This document shows positions 39,002 to 64,000 of a stretch of DNA of 64,000 bases, one piece after another (the stretch's first letter is position 1; every line of letters begins with the position of its first letter). The notes beneath the pieces were generated by a model that was not told where the DNA came from, ran no database searches, and was given only the letters and a program-made list of their open reading frames with translations. A program made the translations under genes and the position numbers. Origin of the DNA: Amoebidium appalachense (Eukaryota; Protista; Ichthyosporea); contig CAVNZM010000004.1 in the NCBI GenBank assembly GCA_963693365.1, positions 2,998,389 through 3,062,388 on the forward strand. The letters are read 5' to 3'.

Positions 39002-39608
39002 GCACAATCCACCATGCACATGCACATGCACATGCATGGGCTCGCATGTGCTTCATACGGTGAGTTCATATGTGTGCATCAATACTTAAATATACACGTA
39101 TCATAGAGATGAACACACACCCCACACGAGCCGAGAGTAGCATGATTGAGGGAGCAATTTGGTGTCCCGTCAAATATGTACCTAATAATTAACCCGTTGT
39201 TGTAGCCTGCCCTTCCGCTTTTTTATTGTTTTGTTTTGCCTGTATGTAATCGGAATGACTTAGCAAGCAACTAGTGGCCAGGCACAAATTTGTGACCGTA
39301 ACTGATGCACTTTGCCTGGGTAGGCTGTATTTGGCTATTGGCCGAGTCAACAATTCCATGCTAAAAATAAAGCTGGAAGGCAATGGTGAAGTTGTGCTTT
39401 TCTGCCTCCAGAACCACATCTTTGTAATTTGATGACAAGACCATGCATATGGTCCTGGGACTTGGCTTGCAATGCATATCAGTTTCGGGATTCAGGTTGT
39501 TTTGCATACTACACACACACAACGTTCACACACACACTTTAAATATACATACACAAACGCGTGCGCGTGCGCGCACACACTGTGACACACACGAACACAC
39601 ACGCACAC

Positions 39609-39673
<65 letters not shown>

Positions 39674-39880
39674 GCGCGCGCACACACACACACACACACA
39701 CTGTGACACAGACAGACATCACATACATGCACCTGCATGACCCCCTGTCTAGACCTATTGGTTTCCTTGAATTACATCCGGGGACATGTCCACAGCCACG
39801 AACCATATACGTAACCTGACAAAGGTGTTTGCTGCCATACAGTATGGGGTCCTTTTCACATATTGAATTGAGCTAACATT

Positions 39881-39914
<34 letters not shown>

Positions 39915-41309
39915 CTTAATCATGAATCACCAGGCACCCCTCCAAATTTCATCAGCGAAGCGCGTGTGGGCCTGAGGTCCTCATAATATCCCAGCCTTCC
40001 TGCTTCCTAAAACTAGGGGAGTTATCCCTCTAAATGAATAGACAGCACGTGGGCCTGCCAGGAGCCCCAAACTTTAATAAAAAATGCATGCACTCGTTCC
40101 TGGGGCCCTGGCACTGGCCGTGGTGTTCAACGGTTATGATTGTGTACGTTCACATTTGTACAATGAGCCAAGAACTTGAGCATTACTTGAATGCGAGGTG
40201 GTGCGCTATCAAATGACATTCGTTCAGTCAGACACGGGGCACCATCATCAACTCATGACAAGAATGACAGCCGAGCCATCCCAATAAAGGGAGTTACATA
40301 CATTGTCAAGGGGTCCCGGATCCTGAAGGGGCCCAGGAGCAACAACACCAGCGCAGCAATGGGCCTGAGTTGGGAGTTGCCATGCATCAAGGCGTGACTG
40401 GGACCAATGCATTGCAATTGGGTGCCGCAGCATGATCATAATGATGCATGTATGTACGCACCAGTACCGGTACCCACGAATATTATTTCCCCTAAGGGTT
40501 TCCAACCCCCACAACCCCCCCCCCCCCCCTCCCCCCGATACCGAGCTCCCCCCCCCCCCCCCCCGAAAAAAAGGGGGGAAAAGAAAAAAGCGGTGCCCCC
40601 CCTCCCCCCGTGGGTGCCCCCCCCCCCCCCCCCCCCTTTTTTTTTTATCCCGTTTTGTTCCCGGAGGGACCCCTTGGGCCCTCAGGGGAAACTACCGCCT
40701 TCCACCCAGCACCGACAGTACTCTAGCCAGGGTGCTACGGTATTATTAGCTACATAAGTTAACACACCTTTAAACAATCCTAACTATTTGCACACACTTT
40801 GCCCAGGTATTCACCCAGCCACACCGGTGGGTAGCACCAGGCTTCTCCTCCACTCAAGACGTACGAATAAACTGTAAAACCGGGTTCTCATTGGTTCGAT
40901 TAAAGTGGTGGAATGTATGGTGTGGTGTGGGTGGGGCCTACGGGGGATATGGATGGATGGAGGGGGCTGGTGGTGGTGGACATAGAGTGTGGCTACGGTG
41001 TAGTAGTCTAGGAGCCTAGTGTTACATGGTTGGTTGGTTCTGTGGGTGTGTCTGCAGGTTGGGCATGCTGGCTGTGTGTGTGTTGTGTGTGTGTGTGTGT
41101 GGTTTGGGGTTTGGTGGGGCTCTACCTCTTTCTTTACGTGTGGTGTTGGGATGCCCCCCCCCCCCCCCCCCCCTCCCCCCCCCCCCCCCCCTCCTCCTCT
41201 CTCTAACCCCCCACCAGTGCACCTCCCCCACCTCCCCCACCCACCCATCCATTTTCTCCTTTTATCCTTTTCAGTATTTTCTTTTTATTTATTTATTTAT
41301 TTATTTTTG

Positions 41310-41370
<61 letters not shown>

Positions 41371-41821
41371 GGAGGCTGGATGGATTGGTGGATGCATACA
41401 AAACGGACAGAATGCTGTCGGGTTGAAGTGAGTTTATTGGGAGCCATAAAACCCGGCCGATCTATTGCATGTATCTCACTACATATTTTCCACTAATATT
41501 TATTGAAAACCGGGTGCGGGGGAACCTGGGCCTTTGTGTGTTCTCACGTGTCTGTGGGCGGGGGGAGGGGGGGGGGGGGGGGGGGGGGCTAAATACAGGT
41601 ATGAGCTTTCGAGCCCATAGTATAGGAAAATGTATTATCATATCTATTAAACAAGTCATTCAAAACTCTTGACCATAATCGCAACCGTAAAACCCTACAC
41701 TTCAAGCATATATATACCAAAACCTGAGGATCATAATAACATTAGCATCCCCTCTCCATCGGCTGCCGTCTCCAATCATCCCCGGTGCCATGAATCCTCC
41801 GACCAGGGGTCACTAAGTGGG

Positions 41822-49672
<7,851 letters not shown>

Positions 49673-49809
49673 GCTGTTCTAAAAGTGTGCTAGTGAACAG
49701 CAAGAGAGGGTGTGTAGCTACTAGGCTAGTGTGCGCTGATGGCCCGCTACAAGAATGTGAGGAGAGTGCTATAACAGCTCCAGGTAGACTTGGCAAAGCC
49801 TTTTACGTA

Positions 49810-50025
49810 TAATCTTGACGTGCAGTGTAGGTAGTATGTAGGCTGTAGGTTGCTCTCGCGGCGGAGAAAATTCGGTCACTGACTGTCCGACCTTGCTGCC
49901 CCGGCTAGTCAGTGACTGTGCGCAACGGGCGGAAAACTACTTGCCAAAAATGGCAGGTGCGTTATCTTTTTTTGATCGTGCAATGCTGATTGGTTGCCAA
50001 ACCAGGTACTTGTGACGTCACGTCG
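49810..50025 (-). promoter_or_regulatory. Putative UGP promoter: CCAAT box, CRE and inverted repeat
   Basis: TGACGTCA at 50013-50020; CTGATTGGTT (CCAAT on the minus strand) at ~49986-49995; TGACGT at ~49816; inverted repeat GTCACTGACT/AGTCAGTGAC at 49875-49916. All lie 140-350 bp upstream of the ATG. Confidence 0.45.
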
Positions 50026-50456
50026 CTCTAGCAGCAATGCCTCCGGCCTAGTGTCTACGTGTCTAGAGAGGGTCTCAGACGCAGCCTACTGGTGCCGACA
50101 ACCAGTCACGGTATATACGATTACATACCAGGGCATCTCTGTTTTGTTTACCAGCTGCCATCTCTGTTATGTTTACCAGTTAACACGTACCACGATCATT
50201 ATATTTGTCTTGGCAACGTACCTCACCGCGCCCCCCTGCCCCCTTCGAATTCCCTCGGCCGGATAACACTGCCTTCCAAGTGCGACCCAATTTTATTAGC
50301 TATCACATTCACGTAGCACACACCTACCCATGGCCTCCCCTCTCTACGCCCCTTAGGACCTCGAGCTTACACCGAGACCGCAATTAATTGTTGCTCAAGA
50401 TCACTGATTTTCTCGGCTTAGTCCATATGGACAGTACACATATTTTTTGCCCACTT

Positions 50457-50492
<36 letters not shown>

Positions 50493-50560
50493 TGCCGCCC
50501 CCTGTGCGGCACCATGCCATGACGGCTTGTAATAAAAAGCTCTCCACACGGCCTCCCTTA

Positions 50561-51039
50561 GGCCCCAACCACATCGACAAAGTTAACTTACAAAAAGCAG
50601 AATTATTGTGCAAAAGCGGAATTATTCTGCAAAAAGTGGAATCATTCTGACGCTGAGCAGAATCACTTCGCTTTTAGCAGAATTGTTCTGCTTTTAGCAG
50701 AATTATTCTGCTTTTAGCAGAATTATTCCGCAGAAGCAGAATCGATCTGATTTTAGCAGAATCATTCTGCTTTTGCAGAATCATTCTGCCTTTTTAGCAG
50801 AATTATTTTGTTTTTAGCAGAGTGATTCCGCAACTGGAAGCAGCATTATTCTGCTCTCAACAACAGAGTTACTCTGCTTTTAGCAGAATTTTTCTGCTTT
50901 TTGCAGATTGATTCTGCTTTTTGCAGATTGATTCTGCTTTCAGCAGAAAACTATTATGTCCTGCTTTTTGCAGAGTAATTCTGTGTTTTCAGAATAATTC
51001 TGCTCGAAGCAAGTTGACTAAGCCGATGTGGTTGGGCCC
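50561..51039. mobile_element. Non-autonomous TIR element (MITE, PIF/Harbinger-like ends) filled with ~20-bp palindromic tandem repeats
   Basis: The left end GGCCCCAACCACATCGACAAAGTTAACTT matches the reverse complement of the right end, GGGCCCAACCACATCGGCTTAGTCAACTT. Flanks are TTA and TTC. The interior is about 20 degenerate copies of GCAGAATNATTCTGC-TTTTA. Confidence 0.75.
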
Positions 51040-51213
51040 TTCCCTCTCATCCCCTTTTTAACCGCAACTTGCGCATCCCCTTGACCATTACTACACCATG
51101 CACGTTAGAATCAGCATGCCGACATCGGCGGTTTAGCCACACACGCAGGCACACACACACATCGTGGCACGCACGACACTCACACACACCGTGGCCATGC
51201 CACACACCCAAGG

Positions 51214-51264
<51 letters not shown>

Positions 51265-51591
51265 CCACTCACAAGTGCGCCCGGCTGTACATACACATAC
51301 ACAGCGAGCACACACACATGTCACACACACACACACGTGTACACAGTGTCACAGAGACGGGCCCACGGGCCTGCGCGCGGAACACACAGACACACACAGT
51401 AAACAGATAGCTATATGGAAAAACAGCACCGTAACTCGTGGACACAGGCACGTACACATGCACGCACAAGTTTGGTGCATGTAGGCACACACGCGCATGC
51501 AGGCACGCACACACACTACACACTCACACTCACGGGCACGCTCATATACTGCCGCAGGATTGTATTTCGTGGTGGCACATATTATGATGCA

Positions 51592-51652
51592 GGGGCAACC
51601 CTTCAAATCTAGAAGCCACCTCCAATTCAAAAAGCCACTGTATTGTATTAAG
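51592..51652 (+). mobile_element. Solo terminal arm of the same foldback MITE family as 57110-57329
   Basis: ggggcaacccttcaaatctagaagccacctccaattcaaaaagccactgtattgtattaag aligns over ~60 bp with both arms of the element at 57110-57329. Confidence 0.75.
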
Positions 51653-53177
51653 AAGGGGGGGGGGGGGAACCGGTTCGTCGGACTCCCCGCGGAGGGGGGG
51701 GGAGGGGGGGGACCCACCACCCCTCCAAAGAGGAGGAGGAGGAGGGAGGGGGGGGGGGGGGGGACCACCAGAGGGGACCTCAATATGTACTACGTGCAGG
51801 CATACTTTCCCGCTCGCTTTTGTCTCTGTCACTCCCCGTATCCCTGGCCCTGTCCGGATCCCCCTCCGAGCCCTCCCCCCCCCCCCCCCCCCCCCCCCCC
51901 CCGGCCCCCCTCCCCCCCCCCCCCCCCCCCCGGGCCCCCCTCCCCCCCTTAATTGAATTCCCTCCTCTTCCCCCGCCCGTCTCTCTCGCTCTCTATTCTC
52001 CCCCTTCCCCCCCCCACCACCACCAATCACTATGGCATAAACAAAGCTGCATGCATGAATCATCACCAATAATTGCATCTTGAGCAGAAGCGGAACGGGA
52101 AGAGAGTGCTGGTGGTGGCGGTAGAGAAGGCCTGGGGGAGGTGGGGGGGATCTCGGAGGCTCGCAGGTGCTCAGGGAGCAGGGGGGGGGGGGGGGGGGGG
52201 GGGGGACCGGTTCGTCGGACTTACCGCGGAGGGGGGGGGGAGGGGCGAGGACCCACCACCCCCTAAAGAGGAGGAGGGGGAGGGGGGGGGGAACCCCCCC
52301 CACCCCCCACCACTGTAGAGGGACCACCAGAGGGACCTCAATATGTACCTACTGCCCTCCTCCCCCCCGCGGGCCCCCCTTCAAATTCAAAAAGGCGTCA
52401 GCCTTACTGTGGTAAAGGAGCTCCCGTTTACTGAAGATCCGCCTAGAGCCTGTGCCTGGGAGGCCACAATCGGCACGTATTCTTCCCAGTACATGCACGA
52501 ACACATGGCCTAACATAATCATTTTGTGGGTCAACCGACTTCAACAGTGCACGTGCAGCTGTTACTGTAACATGCTTCCATCCACAAATTTAATGAACTA
52601 TGACCACATTGTCAAGGACGACCTTATGTTGTCTATCCTAGGCACAAATGGCCATACAGTAGCTGTCCCATTCGTTGGTTCGAAATACTCTCTGTGCATG
52701 CATAATATGCTACTGAAGCATGCAAAATAATTTTGGGGTGGTAGCTGGCATCGGGCTTGAATGCTTATTCATACAATGCATGCAAAGGGGCAAATACACG
52801 CTACATTTGTGCTTGCACACAAGCCCAGGCTGCCAAGGCTGAGCTGCAAACACATGCCTCCCAATTACATGCAGTTATAATGACAACAACCCTTCATGCA
52901 TTGGTACATGCGACAATTCATGAGATTTGAGCAGCTACCATGTGACTGTAAATCCAAAAAACAGTATTCATCAAATTGTATCATCCATGTCGGGCCCCCT
53001 GCACTCCACACACACCAGGCTAATCGACACACCGAGCAATAATATAAACATCATAACCTGCCAAGCGCCACACAATGCAACACATGTGACGATGCAAAGA
53101 AAGTTGGTGGGATCTCATTCGCGCATAATTGTTCACACATTCGACTCAAACTTGCTCGTATAGTCCCCCAACATGTT

Positions 53178-59193
<6,016 letters not shown>

Positions 59194-59614
59194 GGTGCCC
59201 ACTTCCACACCCGACCCCCAGTGCACGTGTGTGTGCTGGATATTCTAAAGGGCACTACTTGAGATGCTGGGACTGCAGCTGCTTTTGAACCCAAACCACC
59301 TAGCCCGTCTAAATAAACTGCGTAGGAAAAACACACAAACTATAAAAGCGTTAGCGCTGCTGCGCGCGCGCCTGCGGCAGTGCGGCTGCTTGCTGAGCCT
59401 CCGTCTACACATAGGCAGCCAGTGCCTGGTTTAGTGGTGATAGCGCAAACACTCCGTGAAGTTTGTTTATTTCTTCTAGGGGTGCACATGTACCAAGTGA
59501 ACAGAATACTCTTGACAGCTGTGTGTACGTAAGATATCCCTGCCTGCCGCCTAGTTAGCTTGAAGGCTGAGAGAGAGAGTGAGAGGTTTGTCAAGTGCAG
59601 AGCACACCGCCGCC
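59194..59614. promoter_or_regulatory. Short head-to-head (bidirectional) promoter region between NUP42 and the ERMP1-like gene
   Basis: Divergent ATGs are 421 bp apart, and the interval is free of the homopolymer and microsatellite tracts seen in introns. Confidence 0.55.
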
Positions 59615-60135
59615 ATGGCACACGCGGCCACTGAGGGGCTGGTACACCGCAAAGGAGCCCATGCCCACCACACCCAGACAAGGCCAGAACACAGCTATGA
59701 GGACAGGAAGAAAAGGGGTAAGTGCAGGAGGAAAAGCGTGAATGTAGCAGAAGGGGCCTGCTGGAGCAGGCAGGGTCGCTAGAAGTGCTTGAAAGGGAGG
59801 GAAGGTTCGGGAAGAGAGGGAAGGATGTTGAAGGGTTTAAGGGTAGGGGGCTAAGAACATGGCCATCACAAAACAAGTGAGGATGCTGTGGATGCTATTC
59901 GAGTGTTTGGAGGAATGTAATAGTAGGGTAGAACATGGAGGCATTACTGAGAAGTAAAGTAAGGCAGGTGGGAAGCCTGCTGGTTTTCGGGTTGTCAAAA
60001 GGGCGTACCGCCTGTGAGTGAAAAGGTGGCATGAATGACCCCGCAGTGGAGACCAGGGACAACTATTGGGATGGGGCATGCCAGCGCGTGGTGATGGTGG
60101 GTGGTGGTGGTGGTGGTGGTGGTTTTTTTTTTTTT

Positions 60136-60184
<49 letters not shown>

Positions 60185-61051
60185 GGGGGGAGGGGCAGTG
60201 GGGAGGAGGGGTAAAAATGTTCACAGCAAGTATAAGGAACTGCCCTGAAGTGGATGCAGGCAGTTCGTCGGGATGGGATAGGCCGGTGTAGTATGCATCA
60301 TATGTTGCGCGCGGATGGTCTGTCTCTACGGTGATTGTGAAAGCTGACGGTGTGTGCAGATACTGGGAGCTGGTGGACGCTGCCGCTGACAGCTGGCCTC
60401 TACCTGCTGGCTATGGGCCTGGCCTACCACTTTGGCAACCGCCAGGTTTCCCTTAAGTAGCGCTCCCCCCCTCCCCGCCCTGCCTGCCCGCCTCCCCGCT
60501 GCCCGCCCCTTGCACCTACGCCTCTGCGTTGCACACTTCCTGGTTTGTGCGTACCAACTAGCCTGCGGCATACACTGTGGCTCCAGCACAACCTAAGGTT
60601 TTGGAAGTTAATTGTTCTGCGGGAGGGACATCGGTATACAAGAAGGGGGGAGATGGGGGGGGGGGGGGGGGGGGGGGGGGGAGGGGAAGGGCAAGAAGGG
60701 GGCGGGGGGGGGGGGGGAGGGGGGTTGGAGGGGTGGGGTGAGATGTATCAAGTCCAACCAGTGAAGGGTTCTTAGGTCAAAGGGCATTTATAGCGCCAAA
60801 ATATTGTTTTGGAGGTTTTGTCTCTCTCTCTCTCTCTCCGTTTTTTTTTTTTTTTTTTTTTTGTGGGGGGGGGGGAGAGGGGAGGGGGGGAGGGGGGAGG
60901 TGGGTACAGGGGGCGGGGGGAAGGGGGGGGGGGGGGGGGGGGGGGGGGGAAGGGGTGGATCGATGTTGTGTTGCTCCCATTTCTTCTTCTTCTTCTTCTT
61001 CTTCTTCTTCTTCTTCTTCTTCTTCTTCTTCTTCTTCTTCTTTTTTTTTTT

Positions 61052-61090
<39 letters not shown>

Positions 61091-61544
61091 AGTAGGGAGC
61101 CATGGGCAGAGGACACCAAAGAGGGGAAGAAGAGGGGGGTGGGGGTGGGAAGGAGGGTTGCTCTAAGAACACAGGCCTGCTGATTGTTCGATTATCCAAA
61201 TACATAAAATATGTTTCACAAGTTTATCTCTAACCGTGTTTGCCTTTTGCAAATACTCTGGTTGGACCGAGAGCTGGGGGAAGGGAGGGGAGGGGAATAA
61301 ACCAAATTGTAGGGCGAAGGAATGTGTGGTTGGAGGAGGGATCTGTTGTTAAGTGTGTGTGTGTGTGTGTGTGTCTTTTTTTTATTTTTTATAATTCCTT
61401 TTTTTCTTTATTTTTATTTTTATTTTTTAAATTTTTTGGATTGTGTGGTTGGAGGAGGGATCTGTTGTAAGTGTGTGTGTGTCTTTTTTTTATTTTTCTA
61501 TTCATTAATTTATTTTTCAAGGGGGAGGGTTGGGCAGGGCAGGG

Positions 61545-61586
<42 letters not shown>

Positions 61587-63112
61587 TTTTTGATTGTGTG
61601 CGCACTCATGTGTGTGTAGTTGTGTGTGAGGGAGTGGTGGGGAGTTGGGGTTAGGGGGAATGGGGTAATCAATTCCATAACATTGAATCTGGAGGTGTCT
61701 GGTGTCTGTGAATGTGTGTATATGGAGGTGGTATTTGTTTGTGTGTCTGGGGGGAAGGGTGGAGGGGTGGAGTGGGCACGGGGGGGGGGGAGGGTGATTG
61801 TTGGGGGGGGGGGGGGGGGGGGGGGGGGGTTCTTGTAGGTGGCTGTGTATCGGGGTAAAGCGGCAGGGGGTGTCATTGGGTATTTTATTATAATCGTTAG
61901 CCTTAAGGCCCTTAAGGATGGGGGCGGGGGGGGGGGGGGGGGGGAGGACAATGCAGCTTAGTATTTTATCGGAGCCGACCCCCCCCCCCCCCCCCCCAAC
62001 AGACTGGCAGCAGACACACCGGGCACCGAGTTCTGTGAAGAGAGAGCATGGCAGCATATCAGCCACCTCACAAACCTGGGCGTGCGCATGACCGGCAGCC
62101 ACCAGAATGAAGTCTTGGTATAAATTACTGTCAACCTCCCCATCCCCCCCCCCCCCGGCGCGAAAAAAAAAAAAAGAAAAGAAAAGTAAAGAAAAGAAAA
62201 GAAAAGAAGAAAAGCTCTGGCGACTTATTCCTCAACAACGCCGTACTCTGCAACCCCCCCTCTCACCACCACCACCACCACCACCCTACCCCTCAACCCC
62301 ATCCCCACCCCCCACTAACTTCTCCGGGGTCACCCCTGCCCCCGTCCAATTTCTGAGGCCTTTTTTTACAAACAAGCAAAGTATGCAACCAGGCGAATAA
62401 AGAAACGTCAGAATAGATAGAATCAACACAGGTATGGGATGTTGTTTGGCTGGATGGAGTGGGGTGTGGGGATGCAATTCATGCTGATTGCTTTTGCATG
62501 TGTGGGTGTGCCAGGATCTAACAGTGGCCATAGTGAACAGGCTGCAGGCACTTCGGTTTTCAGCCAACTTGCACTGATTTCTCACCACACTTTGCACTCA
62601 TCAGTATGGCTGGGTGTTACTGTGAGCAATTTTTTTTGCCTGTATCTAATTGGGCATTCACAGCTCTGTGCTGTCCTGTGCATGCACATCCTTTTTGTTC
62701 ACTTGGTCTACGTGCTTCTTGCATATGCACGAGCTTCTTATTCATGCACATCTTTCTCATTCACAAAGCTTCTCTGCCCCGTACATGCACATGTCATCTA
62801 ATCACATGGTCTCTGTGTATAGGCTGCGGGCTACATCCTCAAGGAGCTGGAGACCATCCAGCGCACAGCCCCCCTTGTGGGCCTGACCATGGAGATAGAC
62901 GTGCAGCGCCCATCGGGCTGCTTCAACATGTTCTTCGTGGGCTTCAACTACACCAACTGCTACCAAAAGTACGTGCCGAGGGGGGGGGTTTATGGTTGTT
63001 AGTGGGGACAGGGGGTCGCGGATTGGCAGGTGTGAGGGTGTGTTGGGGAGGGTGGGGATTTAGTTTTTTTTTTCTTTTCCTTTCTTCCCTCTTCTTCCCC
63101 CCCCCTTTTTTT

Positions 63113-63182
<70 letters not shown>

Positions 63183-63224
63183 GATGGGGGTGATGGAGAG
63201 GGGTGTTTTTTTGTTTTTGTTTTT

Positions 63225-63275
<51 letters not shown>

Positions 63276-63430
63276 GCTTTAGCTTTTTTTCCATTCTATT
63301 TATTACATGAAGGCATGTGTGTTGAAGCAACGAATATTACGCTGACATGTTGGATTGCAGTGTCACCAACATTGTGGCCCGACTGTCGGCATCAGACCCT
63401 GCAAAGGGCACAACAAGAAACGCCCTAATG
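59615..63430 (+). CDS. ERMP1: ER metallopeptidase 1-like (M28 family) membrane peptidase, 5' exons; continues beyond window
   Basis: Exons 59615-59717, 60360-60445 (TM helix WWTLPLTAGLYLLAMGLAY), ~62003-62117 (EFCEERAWQHISHLTNLGVRMTGSHQNEVL), 62823-62968 (AAGYILKELETI...MEIDVQRPSGCF...YTNCYQN), 63361-63430 (VTNIVARL...ALM, just before the expected NxHxD). The exon 2-3 join is unresolved in phase. Confidence 0.8.
60981..61040. repeat. (TTC)n trinucleotide repeat followed by poly-T and poly-G
   Basis: Direct reading. Confidence 0.9.
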
Positions 63431-63479
63431 GTGCGTGGCTGAGTTGTGGCTGGGTGTGGGGGTGTGGGGGTGTTGGTCT

Positions 63480-64000
63480 GAGTGGGTGTGGGTGCAGGTG
63501 TTGGTGTGAATGGGTGTGGGTGCAGGTGTTGGTGTGAATGGGTGTGGGTGCAGGTGTTGGTGTGAATGGGTGTGGGTGCAGGTGTTGGTGTGAATGGGTG
63601 TGGGTGCAGGTGTTGGTGTGAATGGGTGTGGGTGCAGGTGTTGGTGTGAATGGGTGTGGGTGCAGGTGTTGGTGTGAATGGGTGTGGGTGCAGGTGTTGG
63701 TGTGAATGGGTGTGGGTGCAGGTGTTGGTGTGAATGGGTGTGGGTGCAGGTGTTGGTGTGAATGGGTGTGGGTGCAGGTGTTGGTGTGAATGGGTGTGGG
63801 TGCAGGTGTTGGTGTGAATGGGTGTGGGTGCAGGTGTTGGTGTGAATGGGTGTGGGTGCAGGTGTTGGTGTGAATGGGTGTGGGTGCAGGTGTTGGTGTG
63901 AATGGGTGTGGGTGCAGGTGTTGGTGTGAATGGGTGTGGGTGCAGGTGTTGGTGTGAATGGGTGTGGGTGCAGGTGTTGGTGTGAATGGGTGTGGGTGCA
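63480..64000. repeat. 28-bp minisatellite (gaatgggtgtgggtgcaggtgttggtgt)n, at least 18 near-perfect copies, intronic
   Basis: Direct reading; starts ~50 bp after the splice donor at 63431 and runs off the window. Confidence 0.95.

Noticed and set aside
38180-41800. Possible gene or element between the PH-like gene and UGP
   Set aside because: I found no convincing ORF, terminal repeats or RNA-gene motifs; a degraded repeat cannot be excluded without a database search.
50597-51005. Palindromic repeat array as a CRISPR array
   Set aside because: Linkers are only 4-6 nt with no unique spacers, there are no cas genes, the context is eukaryotic, and the array is enclosed by TIRs.

Overview
This is eukaryotic, intron-rich genomic DNA (GT-AG introns, microsatellites, long poly-G/C tracts). 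It is probably from an opisthokont and plausibly a unicellular holozoan, inferred from the animal-like UGP C-terminus IVSGNLRILDH. Positions 1-33625 hold one giant minus-strand gene model: signal peptide - VWA - VWA - TSP1 - VWA - TSP1 - long spondin-type TSP1 array. It encodes more than 7,200 aa inside the window and is still open at the left edge. Its 3' part is a near-identical ~5.96-5.99 kb tandem duplication (at least 3.5 copies) of a six-exon block. Each block encodes 1,406 aa in frame: 20 TSP1 repeats, an RGD motif and an unrecognised ~200-aa beta-rich domain. The array joins the unique part through a 255-bp, ~93% GC segment that may be an assembly artefact. The rest of the window holds a small PH/PTB-like protein gene (+), UDP-glucose pyrophosphorylase (-, 11 exons), nucleoporin NUP42/hCG1 (-), the 5' part of an ERMP1-like M28 peptidase (+), two MITE-like inverted-repeat elements and a 28-bp minisatellite. 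All exon coordinates were read by hand from splice signals and reading phase.
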